In this document: piece by piece, positions 1 to 15,500 of the stretch
Layout: each line of letters starts with the position of its first letter
How positions within the stretch are numbered: position 1 is the stretch's first letter
From: Lama guanicoe
Lineage: Eukaryota
NCBI GenBank assembly: GCA_013239625.1
Contig: MU053994.1
Coordinates: forward strand, 2,113,589 to 2,177,588
DNA length: 64,000 nucleotides
Direction of reading: 5' to 3'
Program-made: the position numbers and the translations under genes
Notes under the pieces: generated by a model
Told to the model about the DNA's origin: nothing
Database searches by the model: none
Seen by the model: the letters and a program-made list of their open reading frames with translations, nothing else

Positions 1-293
1 TCTATTGGATTAGACTGCTACACTAACTACAGGACCAGCATTTCTCTGGAAAAGGAGATGTTCCCCAAGAAATCATCTTTCGTAGGTGCCTCATTCCTGG
101 ATGCCAGAATGGTCAAAAGGACAATCAGCCCTGCACTCTGTGGCTGGCAAAGATGACAAGAGTGGCCTGCTTCTCCGAGCAGCAACCACCCGGATGCCAG
201 GTGGTTGAAAGCTTCCTCACGTCCGTCCCTCAGCTCCGGGAGCATTGCCCCGTTCCAAGCGACGCGGGAGCTCGCGCGAGCCACCTGGGTTCA

Positions 294-485
<192 letters not shown>

Positions 486-963
486 CTAGAAAGAGAACGG
501 AGACGGAAAAAAAGAAAAAACACACACCTTACCATCAAAGCTATTTCACTAGCCTTACCTTAAAGGAAAGTATTCTCAAAGAAAAGTTTGCCCAAAACCA
601 ACCACAATTTATGATACAACTGAGATATTTTAAAACTTAACGATAAAAAATGTGAGTGTCTATATGTAAGTAGTCACACACTCTTTATTCATAAAGCCAT
701 AACGTATATAGAGATATACACGGTGTGTATGTACAACCGTACATACACTGTGGCAGAGAGACAGACATTCTCTTTTGAAGGTAAATAAACAAAACAAAAA
801 CACAACGCAAAGAAAGCAAAACAAAAACACAACAGAAAAGAAAACAAATGCACAATGAATAAAGACGACCATGGCCCACAAACTTCCCTTTGTATATTTG
901 GAAATGAAATTTAACTCAAAAGGTTTATGGAAGATTCTAGTAATAAAAATTTGAAGAACTGAC

Positions 964-1017
964 CTCACAGTAAGCAGCGGGTAGACATAAAATACTGTCC
1001 TCTTGTAATCCTTCCAT
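964..1017 (-). CDS. BCOR: BCOR coding exon 5 (54 nt, frame-preserving cassette): MEGLQEDSILCLPAAYCE
   Basis: Acceptor ttttaattacatag|ATGGAAGGA at 1017; donor TGTGAG|gtcagt at 964; 18 codons, phase 0/0. Skipping of this exon in BCOR isoforms is recalled knowledge. Too short for the ORF track. Confidence 0.95.
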
Positions 1018-1569
1018 CTATGTAATTAAAATGGGCACTCAATGGATCATTTAGATAACTTCATCCATTTTTATAAGCATAAACCAATTTTTTTCTTAAC
1101 ATTGCAAAACAATTTGGCTTTATTTATCTTTTAATTAAAAGTAAAATATCTTAAGGAAATTCCTATACAACATCTATCATTCACTAGCAAGTTAAATACA
1201 TACTCTATCCCTTTAAGCGAGTTTTTTTTTTTTGGTGGAAAAAAAAAATCGCATGAATCCCAGACATGCGGCTGCTACACACCTCCACCAAGTATCAACG
1301 TAAGGCATTCTAAGCAGCGCTTTTAGGTATATTTGTTAACGTACAGTAATGGCAGAGAAATCAAAGCAATTGATAGGTAAATGTCATGCAGTCTTTAGAC
1401 ATCCTTCGCAATAATTAAAACTTCCATTATCAGCATTTGAGTGGAGTTTACTTTAAAAAATCTACAGAATAACTTGAAATATCCACTCATATCCCCTTAC
1501 TGGACACATTTCATACATTTAAATTACCATAAGCTTCATTAACCAAAACCTTCCCAGTATCCTGCCCTA

Positions 1570-4527
<2,958 letters not shown>

Positions 4528-5405
4528 TTACGGAGGACATGCCTTCAAAGCAGCCCATCCCAAAGAGACACCGCAGAAACTAGGCTCAACGTGACTGACA
4601 TCAGCCCCAACGTCTGAGCAGAAAGGGTTAAAAAAGGATTCACAAGGTCTGTGGCCCCCTCCCTCTTTATCCAGAACCCTCTGCTGCCTGCCTTCTCACC
4701 TTTGTTCAACTAGTATCCTCAACGCACAGAAAACGTTGATCCCTTTAGACTTGAGGCCCCTGCATTCATTCAGTCATCTATTAACTCTGGAAAATCCACC
4801 TTCGCAGCAAAAATTCTTGGCTACAACTGAGGTGACACCAACTGCACTGTTCTCAGCACCACCCTCGTGGGGTAACCGGGGTGAGCTGGGTGGGGGCGGG
4901 GCGGTGTGCACTGTGCTTTTGCGGGTGTAGAGAGGCATTATTTAACATAACAAAAAACAATCTTCAGGGGCTCAGCAAGGAACGGAGGACTTGAGCTGTC
5001 TCATTTCTACATCAATAAAGAGGCCATGGGTCAAACTGTAGTTGCGTCTTTTGACTTCTCCTCCCTGGTGTCTCAAGACAGCTCTCATTTGATATTTTAC
5101 TGGGAAGGTAAACCCTAAGGGTCTACTTGGAGGCTGGAAATTTATCCGGCTAGGAGCACTGATGTGGCACGTAGCTTACCGAAGAAAAGGCAGCAAGTAT
5201 CGCACCAGTCACTAGAGGACGCAGACAGAAATGGCGGGCCAGGAGGAAATTGGGGGAGGCCTCGTCCTGGAGCCTAGGCTTTCTACTCAGCCCTGCCTTG
5301 AAACACCGCCCCCGGCCCCTCAAAGGCCCTTTAATGGTATGCAGATGAATGCACGATTGATTACAGATCACTGATATTCAGATAGCACATCAACAGAAGC
5401 TATTA

Positions 5406-5516
<111 letters not shown>

Positions 5517-6823
5517 TCACGAAAGCATTCTTCACTTAATCCATCTTTCATAGACTGCCCCAGAACAGACCAGTTTCTAATAATTCCATTTTTCCAACTG
5601 CCCTTAAAAAAAAAAATTCCTCCCCCATGGCCCATATTAAAAGTTGTCCCCAAATGGCAATCCTAGTGGACTGGGAAAAACAAAGCAAAGGCAGGGCAAT
5701 GGGGATATGGAATCACAAATGTCCCTGAGTTGGGTGGGCAAGACAGAAAATCAGGCACAAACACCTGTCCCTCACAATCTTCTCTCTAGAGAAGCTGAGC
5801 AGGCTAGTCTGGGCTCGGCTGTCCAAGCCAACCCTTATAAGCTCTACCTAAGAACAGACATTAAGCAGTACAACGGCCAAAGCCAGGGGGAGGACCTCAC
5901 GGCTAAAGTCTATGGGCTGGCCACATCAATCACTTCTGTGTTACCCATGAGGACAGGCTTTCAAAACTTTCCCCCAAAGTTAAAGACCATGTCCTATGAA
6001 ACTGGTTTCCATGGTGATAATGAAGCCATATTTGACTGCCTTTATCAAAATGCTGGGGGATACACACTAGTATCATACGCATGTCAGCTGCTCCAGGCTC
6101 CAGAGGAAGCCGCACATCTGTGCCAGGCTGCTGCGGCTGCCCTGGGACTTGTTATCAGAGAGCATCGATAAAGAAAGTGCTTGGTGCCAACTTCCAAATC
6201 CCCAGGATAAAATCGCTGACAAGCGGCGGAGGAAAGTTTCATCATTACCCCAAAGAGCAGCTTCAATTATCTACTGCTTAGCTGCCTCTACCCCACACTC
6301 CAAAATTACTGATTAGGAAGCATAACAGAGCTGTTGGGTGACTGAAACCAGGAGCCAATGGCCTCGCCGAACAGGCAGCAGAGGACAGGGAGAAACCCTG
6401 GGCTTAAACGAAGTGAAGGGTGGCGATCTCCCCATTTATTACTGAGCAAACTATTTGTTTTAAAAGCACATCGAATGCCGATCCACCTGGGCCCACACTT
6501 CTGACATTTAGAGTTAAAGCAGCATATAGACTGGGATTAATTCTCCTTCATAAATATGAAATAATAAATTAAGGACGAAAGTGCACTGAAAGGCCGCTTT
6601 AGGGGCTAATCTCTTAAAGGGCGGCAATGCTTCGCTGAGCCGGGTTGCCTGTTAAAACTGTAAATCAAGGGCCGCCAGCTAGGCGGGAGAGCTCTCTCCC
6701 CCACCCCCTTTGGGCTCACTCTGGCTGTGAGGTGAGGGGGCTCTGCTCAGGAGCAGGGGGGGGACGCGTGGGGGTGGGGAGGACCCGCTCTCTCTCCATG
6801 CCGCAGCCGGACAGGCGCATTCA

Positions 6824-6950
<127 letters not shown>

Positions 6951-9543
6951 CTGTTTAAAAAAAAAAAAAAAATCCCAGGCGGTTGAATAAAGAAGAGCCA
7001 AACAGGGAAGGAGAGAAACTCTTTCTAGGCAATTCGTACAGAATGTAGACTCGGGAAGGCAGATCCTGCTCGATGTTCTACAGATTTCCCAGAGCACAGG
7101 AACACACCTGACCCAGAGCAGGGGTGGGGGATGTAACTTCCCTGGCAGGAGGTGCTGGAGACAGGGAGAGGGTTCAAGCACCATGGGCCACACCAGCCAA
7201 GGTACCGTACCTATTGCCCCCCACCTGCCATCCTCCCTTCCCCATCCCCAGCCTTTGGCGAACACACTTGGATTGGAAGCAAGCGGAAGGTGCCAGATCC
7301 CAGGGAATCCCACACTGATTCTTCATGGGGCTGAAAGGATGGGGATGGGGGGGGTGGGGATACGGCATAAAAGGCACAACAGTCCGGTGTGGCGGCCCAA
7401 ACTGCAATTCATTTTCAGGGCTGGACTCCCAGGGCTGTGGTGTGTCCAACTTCCAGAGCAAGGGTTAAACAGAGTCAGTGGGCTGGTGAGCCACCCCACC
7501 CAAGCCCTAGATTAGATTAAGCCCCCAACCGGGGTGGTTTTGCCTGGGTGGTTTGGCCTGGGAGCTGCAGGGGGAGGCAGCTGAGTAATTCAATGACGCC
7601 CGCTCGCTGGGGACAAGAAATCATTAGCGAGCGCAGAAGTCTTAGCAGCCCAGGCTGCCGGGCTGCGAGCCGCTGGCACGCGGGGAGCAGGCAAAAGCCA
7701 CCCATTTTCTCCCCAACGAGAGGGGGGGTGGGGAAGGCTGCCAAGGCAGAGGGAAGAGCACCTCTCCCCGCTTGCCCTCCTTACCTTCTTTGCCCCCCAC
7801 CCCCACCCACATCACCTTCTAGTTTGCTGCATGAGTGAAGGGTCAGGACAAGCTGCATTTTATTAACAGGATTATCACGGCGCGTGATTTATCCTCGTGC
7901 AGGATTTTAATTGCTCTTTGGAGGTTGAGCCGTTTCTTTTGACTGCGCTTCAGCCCATATCCTGCTGTTAAATGCTGGGTTAATAAGTAGGGGAGCCTTT
8001 AATGCCTGGGACCGATGGCCCTCAGCAATTCCCCCGCTCACCCAACTCCCTTGTCCCAGGGCCCCTGACTACGGCCTCTTTACACAGGGACCCAAACCCG
8101 AGTGTGAAATCACTGGTGTGCAGATCAGATCATCGGGGGAACTTTTCTTTCTCCTCCCTCACACACCCACCCACACAGTTTCCGAAAGCCCAAATGTTCC
8201 CTAAGTCGACACATTTCCTTTGTTAGCAGGAAAAAATATGCAAATGCTTGCTTTTACACTTTAGCGCATGGAGATGACTGCCAGGTCGGTTGGGTGGGAG
8301 CCACCAGGTCCGGGGACTCTGGGGACTCTTTTTGCGAGAGCGACTAGGGGTGGGGGTGGGGGAGCACCCGAGACCCGAATCCCAAGGCCAGGCTATCTTT
8401 CCGCATTTCTTTGTCCTAACTCAGGCTTTTGTCCACCAGCATCCCTCATCGGCCCCTATACATAGAACACCGTCTGTTAATCAAGAGCCACGCGCGCAGA
8501 CACACGGCGCACAGTTCGAGCTCAACAATGAAGCTGGGGGAGAGGCAGAGGCAGAAATCTCCCAGCTGGGTCAGGTCTGCTGGACTTCTGAAGAAGCTGT
8601 TTCACTAGGAAGCGTCCCTGTCCTCAGACACATGGGCATTTCCAGTGGGCCGGCCAGAGCGCCCTGAAAAGATGGACTCAGGTGTCGAGGGAGGTTCTGC
8701 TGGGGCCTGGGGGCCGTTCTTCCCTGTCCCGAATACACAGATCAAGCTGGGGGAAGGACACCACTGGCCCAGGGCTGACAACAAGGCACATTTAACAGGG
8801 TCCCCTCTCTAACCGCTGCCACCCCTTCTAACAGAAGGAAGACACTCAGGGAGGCCTCATCTAGAAGGGTGAGCAACATTCCTGGGCCCAAGTGTCCTGG
8901 GCATGGGTGCAGAGCTAGGACTGCACCAGGCCACCCCCTCTCAGGGGGGAAATAAGGACATGATGAAATATGGACATTACGCCAGAAGCCAAGGATCACT
9001 CCATCAAACCTCTAAGACAGGGATAAGGGAAGACAAGATGTGTGTGCCCATGAAGCCCCAATCTGCTGATGCCCCAATCTTCAAATCTTAAAACAAGCTG
9101 CCTCCTACACGCCTCCTTTAGTTGTCAGTTTGGGACAAGGACCTCTGAGCACCTGACTAAGGAAATAGGAAGGCTGCTGCCTCAATCACCCCACTGAGCC
9201 TCCCTCTCCCACAAAGGGCTTTTTTTAAGAAAGGGCGGCCTGAACTTAGCTGAGAGGTGAATGCAGTTTAGAGACGCTTGGGAGCACAGGGTGCTTTGAA
9301 AGCCTCTCCCCTCTTTCCAGGGCTGGCCCAGTGGGGTTTTCAATATTAATGCCGCACAGATAAATGACACCCAGTGCCAGAATGAAGTATTCTTACATGC
9401 ACAGGGTCAGATGGAGGGTTGAGGCCCGGAGTGTGGTCCAGTGTCATGGGGGTGGGGGCAAGGGACCGGGCTAGCCAGGAAGAAGCAAGGGGAGGAGGGA
9501 CGAGGCACAGTGTCGGACGGATCCTGCTGACTTACACCTACAC

Positions 9544-9545
<2 letters not shown>

Positions 9546-9581
<36 letters not shown>
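9546..9581. repeat. (CA)n microsatellite
   Basis: About 18 AC units visible. Confidence 0.95.
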
Positions 9582-9584
<3 letters not shown>

Positions 9585-12500
9585 CTTACAATCTTTAGCT
9601 GCCCCATGAACTTTTTGTGAACTGTTTAAAAGTGGAGGTCTGTTGAACAAACAGCGGCGCCACTGCCAGCCATAATTTCATTGCAACAAGCTAAAGACTT
9701 TTAACTCTTCAAGCTCCTGGTCAAAGATGGAGCTGACTAGAAAGGGCCAATGAGCAAGGGCCCTGGCTGGTGGGAGGCCATCCTCCACAGTGACAGCCCA
9801 AATCAGCAGGAACACCCTCATCCCGCACAAAGGCCAGACTGCTTACACCCCGCTACCACTGAAGAATGGGGACCCCTCCCTCCATCTATCTGGGATATAG
9901 AATGAACTAAGGGGGTCTTGGGGGTAAGTAAGGGACACAGAGACTGAGAGGCAGAGACCCAGCCGTGCTCACTTCGCTTCACTTCTAGAAGCGGCTGTTG
10001 AAATAGTTGGAATCTTTTTTTTTTTTTAACCTCTGAGGGAAAGTTCTTCAAAAGTGACTCTCTGACCCTTGGCTGTGGGTCACGGTGAGGAGGGCAAATG
10101 ATGTGATTTAGATGACAAACAGAGCGGGCGCTTTGCTGCTATATAAGAGGCTGCCCTTATTTCTCAACCATCCCCCCCCTTTTCTTCCACACGCAGGCTA
10201 TGCTTCTGGAAGTGCCAAGAAGTGTGAAATCAGTCATGAAAAGCACTTTACAAGCACCAACCTGTTTCCAGGGTGAGCTGCTAAGCTACACCTTGGCTCT
10301 GGGTTTTAACCCTTTTCCCCAGTAGTGGAGAGAAGGGGGCAAGGATGTGGGACAGGGATGAACAGGGAAGATGGCTGAGAGACGAGTGTCAGCCGAGGAG
10401 ACGGAGTGTCTGAAGAACAGAGAGGAACTGTAGTGGCTGCCCTCTGAACACCCAGTTCCGGAGAGAGACTCAGCTCGCAAAATGCCAACATCTCGAGTGG
10501 TCTCCAGCTTCCGGTCTGGCCGTAACTGCAAGCACAGGAGAGCTTGGGTCTCCCTTGACAGACCCGGGCAGTCATCTGCTCTGGAAGCCAAGAGTTATGA
10601 TTAGCATCCGAGCTTGGCCTGGACACTGGGGAGAAGAGCCTGATTGGCAGAAAGAGGTCAGAGGGATCAAGATTAGGAGCTGTCACCTCAACCTTGGCAT
10701 CCCTGAGAGGGGGCCCTTTGGCCCTCTGTGAAAAGACACAAGGGGGGCACACGGGCCCCCGAGCTGTACCCACCACCACTGCTCTGTCGATTCCTGCCAT
10801 GAGGACACCATCGTGGACCAAGGAAAGGGAGGGCGTTTGTCTTTTTTCTTTCAAGGAGATGTCCCTGGGCAGACAAGGAACAGCAGGTTGAAAAGGAAGG
10901 CGCAGTGGCTGTGAGAGGCTGGCGGGAGTGGAGCAAGGGGAGGTAGCACCAGGCCACTCTTGGCACTCCTCCTTCTCTCCACCCCGGCTCCTCCTGGCAC
11001 CAGGCCACTTTCCGCTGCCTCCACCCTGGAGGCAGCCGATCGGTTCAAATCTGCACATCGCGCTTGTCAAGCGGCACCAACAAAATGGAAAGCATCGCCA
11101 CTGAACCATCCCAACTTCACACAACGCACAAATCTGATCCGTGCTCCTTCCTAGAGCCTCGCTCGCTAGGCACTCCTTGCCCCATCAGGCAGTTATCTAG
11201 CTAGTGGCCAAGAAGCTCCTGGCTCAGAATGCCGGGCGGACATCAGGGATCGTGGCCATTGTGCCATGTACTGGGGTCCTCTGGAGGCTGGCGACCTCCC
11301 TCACTGCACAGCTGGCTCTCCTTGGAGACCATGTGAGAACGTGGTCACCCCAGCCTCCCAGCTCCCACCCTCACCCACAGCATGTCTCTGGGCAGGTGGC
11401 CGAACCCTTTCAACTTTAGTCTCTTCATCTATAAATATTTGGCAATGTGTTTCCCAGAGGATTAAACCGCACTATGGACTTGAGCTCTGCCTGGCAATAG
11501 CTGGTGCAGGCCACGTTTAACCCCTTTAAACCGCATCTGACTCCACAAAGTCTACTGTGTAACAAACAGATCCCAGAATCTGCTGCATAGTTTCTTTGTG
11601 GCAACAGGAAGGTTGAGGCAAGGACACAGAGGGGGCCAGGGAGGGGTGGACTTTGGCAGAGTGTGTCTTTCATGGAAGCCCAAAGCTCACTAAGCAGAGA
11701 CCCTTTCTAAGGCGGCTCCAAGCACAGACTGAGTTGCCCACCAGCACTTCTCTACTGATGTCAAGGAAGAGAGTGGTGAAGAAGTTCCTAGTTTAGGATG
11801 GGGGTGCTGCATGGGGGTAGATGAGAAAAAAGCAGTCTAGAATGTGCAGCATTGGGGCAGATCCTCCTGGAATGCTTTCCCTAGTGTGTGCAGCAGTGGG
11901 GAGAGGGGGACCCCAAGGCTGCCCGCAGGTCTGGACAGGGCCACAGGCTTCCTGGGGTATGGCTGAGGGAGGTAACTAGATGGGTGCTGAAATGGGTTGG
12001 GGGGTTGGGAGGAGCGATCCAGCCTGCCCAGGCACTGTCTCTTGGCACACTCCAAGTCACAGCCATAACCTCTGGGGGCATCCCCACCCATGTTCCTAGC
12101 TTTGCTGCAGAGCTGCAGTGGGGTGGGGGTGGAGGGGTAAGAGAAGCGGACGAGAAACGGGAAACTCGAGGGCAACCAGAACCTTTCCTGCCTCTGGCCT
12201 CCTCCCAGGGAGCCTGGATGAAGCAGAGCTACTCAGGTCAGGAGTGAACTTGGCCCCGCAGCGGCAGTGGGCGGTGGCGAGTGGGGGAGGGGCACCCCTC
12301 CCCCGCCTCAGCCCTGAGCCTGATCAAAACAAAGGGATTTTTCTCTCCCACCACGTACACCCGTGCAGCTCCTAGCCCCTCCTCGCCCTCCTCGCTGGGG
12401 TCGCGCCCCCGCACACACCCGCGCGCTCTCGCTCCCGCCCGACCTTCCAGGAACTCCAGCTCTCTCCGCCATCCTCCAACCCTAGTTCACCCTTCCCGCG

Positions 12501-15500
12501 CCGCTCTTCTGTGCTCCCCCTTCCCAAGCGCCGGCCACTGAATCTCTAGCAAAAAAACAACTTCCAGGTGGGCGCACGGTGAACCTGAGATATGCAGCCG
12601 AGCCCACCCAGGGAATAGGCACTTGCAGACCCCTCCCAGCCATTGTCCTGGGCTCCTTTCGGCGGGACTCGACTTGGTGCTGCTCTCTGCGGCCCTCGCC
12701 CTCCCCGGAAAGATGCAAGCCAAGTGTAGCCAACTGTAAAACGGGGGGAGGGGACTCGGGGGAAGGGAGAGCCGCTGCCCAACCCGGGCTGCCCGCCAGG
12801 CACCCCCTTTCCCACAGGCAGAGCCACGGCCCGAGGTCAGCTCATGGACCAACCCCAGACACTTCTCCCGACTCCATGCCTGGGCTTTTATTCCCTTCAC
12901 TTTCTTTCACGGTTATGCCACACACAACCACGTGTGTATCCAAGAGGGGGCCTCATTTGGAAGCTGGTGTCCCTCAGCAGGAGGCAGCCCAGGCCAGGAA
13001 ACCTAGGTTGAGTGCAATTAATCACCCTTACTCCTCTCCTCCCTACCCCACCCCCAGCAACACCCCCTCCGGTCTGGTCCCCTACAGGGCTGGGTTCCCA
13101 CTTGGAGTCTACACAACCTGGGGGCAAATCCAGAATAAATGGTTCATATACCACAACTTTAGAGGGGGTGTCACTGCACTGCAGTTTCCAACTGGGATGT
13201 GGAAATCACGCTCACTGCACCCCCACCCCACCCCCACCCCTGGCCAGGAACAAGCTATACCATAAGGCTATTAACAACAGCTATCATTAGTACACACAGG
13301 AAGCACAAAGGAACTTTTTACGAATAAAAGATGCATAAGACACAGGGTCCTGAGATCTGCACCCGGGTTCCTGGCTGATTGTGTGCCGCCTGGGAGTCCT
13401 GGGAAGACTGGAGATGAGGGTCAGGGGAGGACAGGGGCGCCCACTTTCTTCACAAGGAACAATAGGAACCCCATGTCTGCTACTCAATCTTGGAACTCAG
13501 AACACCCCAAACAAAGCTGTGGGAAAACTGCGGTAGAGATGGGGGCCCATGAATTTTTGTAGCTGTTCAGAGCTTAATTACTCCTCCTTGATCCGTGGGA
13601 CTAGACACGACACCGCCAAGGTTAAAATGCCCCGAACAGCGCCGAGCAGATGTGAGCGAGCTGGCAGACGCGCAAATGAGGCCTGCCTCGGAGCACGATA
13701 ACAAGTGACTAATACATTGCATATCGTTGAAAGAAAATTATTTTTCTCTAATTTGCATTTGCTTGGGGAAAAAAAAAAGCCAACCAGAGTCCCTCCTCAC
13801 AAGCAAGAGTCTAATCCTGGAAATACAGCCCGGCTGCTTTAAGAGAGCTGGAAGGAGGGAAAGACTGCCAGTGTTTTGGCAGTTGCAGGCTTGTTTATCT
13901 TTCCGCCTTTCCTCCAAGGCGAAACTCGTTTTGCAAGCAACATTCCTACAGAAAATGGCACACGTCATAAAAAGAGACCAATTTATAGAACTGGCACCGA
14001 AGTTCATGTATCATTCCAGAAGCATCTCCCAGCTCCCCACTAGGGAACCCAACTAGATGTAGAAGTCCACATTAAAACTCAGAGAGGGCAGACCTGGGGG
14101 CGGTGCAGGGAGATGAACTGCAGATATCCTGCAGACTGTCCGCCCAAGGGCCAGAGTCACACAGAAGAACAGGCTATAGAATTAAGTCAGCTCTAAAGGA
14201 TCCTCTAAAGCCCCGGGGCCAGGGCTGCAAAGGCTTCAAACTTGAGATTGGGGGTGAGCTGCTTTTTTTTTTTCACACCCAGCTTGCCCCAGGATAGCCC
14301 AGGGGCAGGCCCATCTTCCTGGACATCCCAAGCCCCGGCCAGGCATGCATCTCCAGGGCCGGCCAAGCGGGGGACTGCCGCCACCCACCAACTGTTCTCC
14401 CTCCCACCCCGGCGCCTCCCTGCAGTGCCTGGCAGAGGACCAGGAACTCAGAGAAGGCCTGTGGCTGTGGGCATATAGTTGATTAAGTCACCGAGTGGGT
14501 GGTGCTGTGGGCAGACCTCAAGACAGCACCGTTGGTCCTGCAGCTGAAGGCAAGTGCGCTCTTGGAAACGGGAAGGCAAAGGGAGGTGGGTAACCAAAAG
14601 TCCACCTCCACCACTCCCCTCCCAACACCTCCCCCCCACTTCGGGTCCTGAACCTACACACTTGTGTTTCCAATCCAGGAAACAGGGCAGAGTGCGTAGA
14701 ACACAGCGCCCGCCTGTCTCTCGAACTTGTCTGAATAACAGGGCCATTTCAGAGGAAGAACAACGGCCTTCAGAGCGTCTGCAATTTCCAGAAAGCCTTC
14801 AGTTAATAATACATTCTTTCCAACAAGCTTGCTTTAGGGCTGAAAGTTATTTTCCCAAATCTTAACAACCCAGTCGCAAGCCGCTGGGGCTCCAGGTCCA
14901 CAGATCCCAGCCAAACCCCTCCAGACAGTTGACACTCATGACCCCGCAGGCCTTCTCCTACCTCCTCCCCCTGCCCCCCACTTCCCCAGCCTAACAAGTT
15001 CCCCAAACCACAACACACAAACCGGGGCGCGTCCACCCCAAGCCCGAGAGCCATAAAGACGTGTGCTGGGGGGATCGGGGTCAGGGTGTGGGGCTGCTAA
15101 GAGCTTTCTTGAATCTGAGGACGCCCTGGTGAGGACACCCTGGCCAGAGAGTGGCGGCCACCTCTGCAGTTCTCCGCGGGCCTGCATAGTGCGCGCTTTG
15201 TGTGAGTGCCGAGGAGGCACAGCGCTGCTCGCGCACCAACAGCTGTCACATTATTTGCACTCGCTGTAAACAGCCTTCACATTCCCCCCTTACCACATAG
15301 TTAAAGCCAGACTAACAATCCACAGTTAGAGATCAAACCAACAACAGCAGCATTGTGTCTGCCTTCGCACCAAGCCCAGCAGCTGGCAGGTTTCTCCGGA
15401 AATTCGGGGTGATTCGTCGGCCCTCTCCCAGAGATTCTTCCTCCTAGTAGTAACTCAAGGCAGGCCCCCCCCGCCCATTTCCTCAACTGTGAATAGAGGG

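Noticed and set aside
10306..13265. 272-aa and 228-aa intronic ORFs
   Set aside because: No recognisable homology, Pro/Ser/Gly-biased, expected in GC-rich intron.
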